Below, piece by piece: positions 58,649 through 64,000 of a DNA stretch of 64,000 nucleotides. The position numbers and the translations under genes were made by a program. How positions within the stretch are numbered: the stretch's first letter is position 1; the number at the start of each line of letters is the position of its first letter. The notes below the pieces were generated by a model that had not been told where the DNA came from, made no database searches, and saw only the letters and a program-made list of their open reading frames with translations. Location: the NCBI GenBank assembly GCA_033442325.1, contig JAWQFM010000032.1, positions 508,112-572,111 of the forward strand. Reading direction: 5' to 3'. This DNA comes from Salpingoeca rosetta (lineage: Eukaryota; Protista; Choanoflagellata).

Positions 58649-60197
58649 GCAGACAAAGCAAACGGTGACATCCGTACAGTGTGCTCACCCTGCAGGCGGC
58701 GTGAGAAGACCTCGACGACACGGGCGAACTTGCTCAGACCAAGCACCTTCTTCCGCGGCAGATACCCAATGTGCACCTGGACACACGCGCAGGAAAACAT
58801 GGTTGCACGTGCGTGTATGTGTCAAATCTTGATGACACTCACATGTGTGTGCACGCGAGCAGATGTTTAGCAGGCATGCAACATCATACGCACACACACA
58901 CACACACACACACACATACATACGTACATACACATACACACTCTCGCCCACACCTTTCCGAAGAAGGGGACCATGTGGTGTTCGCACATGCTGAAGAACT
59001 CAATGTCCTGGGGCGATGGGAAGCGGCAGCAGTGCAGTCGACACCATGACCATGAACAGGGTTACATGGCAGTTGCGGAAACTGATTCCTCCATACACTC
59101 AAAGCACATGCATTCACACTCATGCAGCACGCAAACACACACACACGCACATACGCACGCATAACATACACACATACAAATACGCACACACAAACAAAAC
59201 ACAACACGACACAACACAACACACGCACACGCACACGCACACATACATACACACACAAACAAAACACAACACAACATACACACACACACATACACACCTT
59301 GACGATGACCATGTCGTCGTGGTCTTCGGGGAAGATGGCGTTGCGAATGACGCGGCCGGGGATCTGAGTGTACCCGCGTGTCATAAAGTCGAGTGCCTTG
59401 GCCACGCGCCGCGGGGTGTCCAGCAGACCAGGGCGTGACGGGTCCTCACCAAGACACACCAGCAGCTCCCGCACGGCCCGCTGCATGCGCTTGAGGCGCG
59501 CGCGGCGCTCGTCTGTCGTCTCGTGTTCGCGGCCAAACCCACCGAGGTCATCCAGGTCGGAGGCGCCCGCCGGTTTGGTGAACCGAAGCGCAATTCCGTT
59601 TTCGCCGTTGCCGTTCACGCCGTTTTGCTGCTGTTGCTGTTCCTGCTGTTGTTTCTTCTTCTTGCGTCGGTTCTTGCGGCGCTTCTTGCGTTTCTTCTTG
59701 TCGACGCCCATCTCAGCGCCACCCTCCTGTTGGTCAGCGACCTGATCAACTGCGTTGGCTGATGGTTGCTGCTGTTGCTGTTGCTGTTGCTGTTCCTGCT
59801 GCTGTTGCTGTTGTTGCTGCATGGTTTGCTTCTGCTTTGGCTGAGGCAGCTCCGCTGCACTGGCCTCCTCCTCTGCTTCAGCAGCATCCTGCTCTTGTGG
59901 TTGCTGTTCTTGCTGCTGATCCTGTGGGTGGTTTGTTTTGTCTCCGTCCTTCTCCTCTTGTTGCTCGTTGGTCACCTCCTCTTCCTCCTTGTTGTCGCCA
60001 TCTTGCTGCTCATTATCCTGTTCTTCCTCTTCTTGTTCTTCCTCTTCTTGCTCTTCTTCCTTGCCAATGGTTGCCGCGCTCTCTGCCGCGTGTGGAGCGC
60101 CGTTTGTCTTGTCCGCAGCTGCAACCTGGTCGCTCTCCTCTGCCTTGACAGGAAACTCCTCGGTCACCTGCTTGGCGCTGTCACCCTTGTCAGCCAT
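57784..60197 (-). CDS. GCH1: GTP cyclohydrolase I (418 aa); exons 60197-59298, 59007-58954, 58776-58689, 58334-58250, 57913-57784
   Basis: Spliced product contains [95 protein letters not shown] and TRDEFL. The Zn ligands (CEHH, HMC) are intact, all introns are GT-AG and the phases are consistent. Confidence 0.97.
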
Positions 60198-60397
60198 GCT
60201 GTCAGCTGCTGCTGTAGGTCGCTTGTCGAAACCTCAGGGTCGTTCGGATGGATGTGTGTGGATGGGGTGCTGTGACGTGTGTGAATGTGTGTGTTTGGCT
60301 TCCGTCCTCCAAGCCACCAAGCCAAGTTGTGACGATTCACCGAAGATGTTCGTTGATTTTCGGCACCCACGTTGAGCCAACACGCCGCAGCACCAGC
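60198..60397. promoter_or_regulatory. Putative compact bidirectional promoter between GCH1 and NO66
   Basis: Head-to-head genes; depends on the inferred NO66 start at 60398. Confidence 0.35.

Positions 60398-64000
<3,603 letters not shown>

Overview
Intron-rich, microsatellite-saturated eukaryotic genomic DNA. The (CA)n/(GT)n-filled introns, GC-rich exons and gene families point to a choanoflagellate such as Salpingoeca; this is an inference. Six protein-coding genes can be supported: (1) the 3' part of a multi-PDZ scaffold with at least 14 PDZ domains, a coiled coil and a C-terminal GAR/GAS2 domain (+, <104..11624); (2) an LRR-transmembrane TKL-type Ser/Thr receptor kinase with an unexplained +1 frame break in the ectodomain (+, 12121..16819); (3) an intronless secreted protein with three cubilin-N-like modules and about 24 L-domain/LRR-like repeats (-, 17510..20392); (4) a ~36 kb BLTP1/KIAA1109/Csf1 bridge-like lipid transfer gene (+, 21000..57262); (5) GTP cyclohydrolase I with a long N-terminal extension (-, 57784..60197); (6) the 5' part of NO66/RIOX1 (+, ~60398..>64000). 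There are two 100-N assembly gaps. The main anomaly is a ~267-bp compositionally foreign island with nested base-pairing potential, lying inside a (GT)n tract of a BLTP1 intron (54889..55155). A second notable pattern is the polarised intron architecture, with (GU)n near the donor and (CA)n near the acceptor. Most ORFs in the supplied track are translations of microsatellites.
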